Source: Wallemia ichthyophaga EXF-994
Lineage: Eukaryota > Fungi > Basidiomycota
Direction: 5' to 3'
Length of the DNA stretch: 62,000 nt
Assembly (NCBI RefSeq): GCF_000400465.1
Contig: NW_008806282.1
Coordinates: 20,001-82,000 of the forward strand
The translations under genes were made by a program, and so were the position numbers. The notes beneath the pieces were generated by a model. The model was not told the origin of the DNA. It ran no database searches and saw nothing but the letters and a program-made list of their open reading frames with translations. Shown piece after piece: positions 61,205 to 62,000 of this stretch (positions are counted from its first letter, which is position 1; each line of letters starts with the position of its first letter).

Positions 61205-62000
61205 ATGTCAGTTCATTAGTTGTTATTTTCTCCGCTAACAGCCCAGCAGGTCTCGTGTCATCGTTAAGGGATTACCGTCAACGGCTGATAACAGTGCGCT
61301 GAGAACTCACTTCGGCAGCAGAGGTGCGACTATCACAGACGCTAAGGTGGTTTTTAAGAAGGGCAGCGGGGTGGGCACGAGCAGACAATTAGGGAAATCC
61401 AGGGGTTTTGGTTTCGTAGGATTTAAAACGCCAGAAGAAGCCCACGAAGCTTTGCAATTCTTCAACAATACATACTGGGGCACATCGAAGCTCGAAGTTG
61501 AACTTATTAGTGACAATAAGAGTATTCAAGAGCAGCTTCTTGACGGTAAAGAGACTAGAGCGAAGCGTAGAAGGAAGGAAGGAAACGAAGGTAAGGAGGA
61601 GTCAGACAGTGAGGATGAATCAAACAAGAGAATAAAGACACTTAAGCCTGTACATCTCAAGGCTATCGAGATGCAGAAAGCAAAGAACAATACTGGCAAT
61701 GTGGATCAAGGCCAAGTTGAGGACGTAGAGAAGGATGTAAATACAGAAATGTCTGATCTGGATTACATGCGCGCTAGAATGAAAAGGCGTCATATTCCCG
61801 AAGAGCTCGACGACCCAAGCAATAGAGTCCCCGAACACCCACCACAGCCACAGGAAACACCAGAACAAGCTGAAGCTCGTAAGCAAGCAGAGGTTATCGA
61901 TCAGGTTATGGAAACAGCTCGTATTTTCCTTCGTAATTTGCCATTCAGCTGCACTGAGGAGGACCTCAAGACGGAGTTCTCCAAGTTTGGCGTTGTAAAC
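61205..62000 (+). CDS. MRD1: Multi-RRM ribosome biogenesis protein Mrd1/RBM19 (5' part)
   Basis: MSRVIVKGLP, GKSRGFGFVGFK, FFNNTYWGTSKLEV, ARIFLRNLPFSCTEEDL; start codon AT|G spans intron 61207-61249. Confidence 0.93.

Overview
This is a gene-dense fungal nuclear window: short introns of about 40-57 nt with GT..CTRAC..YAG signals, and intergenic gaps often under 100 bp. It best fits a compact basidiomycete such as Wallemia (inferred from architecture, not a database hit). It holds about 32 conventional intact genes: DHH1 3' end, YRA1, SNT1-like, UBC4, EXO1, HET-C family, GBP2-like, RAM2, DUR3, PPT1, RAX2, OSH3, BUD31, NDUFAF2-like, ATP10, TSR3, PHO4-like bHLH, UreF, GH3 beta-glucosidase, RIC8, (6-4) photolyase, Stealth protein, F-box, PH protein, Kv channel, PalC, SMC1, TIM8, ATG9, MRD1 5' end and others. 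No rRNA, tRNA, CRISPR or transposon was recognised. Main observation: each of the eight long apparent intergenic gaps holds a cryptic, often intron-containing gene model whose frame is interrupted by internal TAA/TAG/TGA codons that read naturally as Gln/Arg (one U->C change away). The best case is an eIF4A-like pseudo-helicase at 12145-14145. Its 605-codon spliced model has six internal stops, needs no frameshift, and aligns gap-free to DEAD-box motifs across the stops. These loci are either an unusual wave of nonsense-dominated pseudogenes or a gene class rescued by conditional U-to-C mRNA editing or stop readthrough; support ranges from good to weak by locus. Secondary observations include an 18-bp stem closing the 495-nt YRA1 intron, three start codons assembled by splicing, and a GATA cluster upstream of DUR3. 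All gene models were built by hand.
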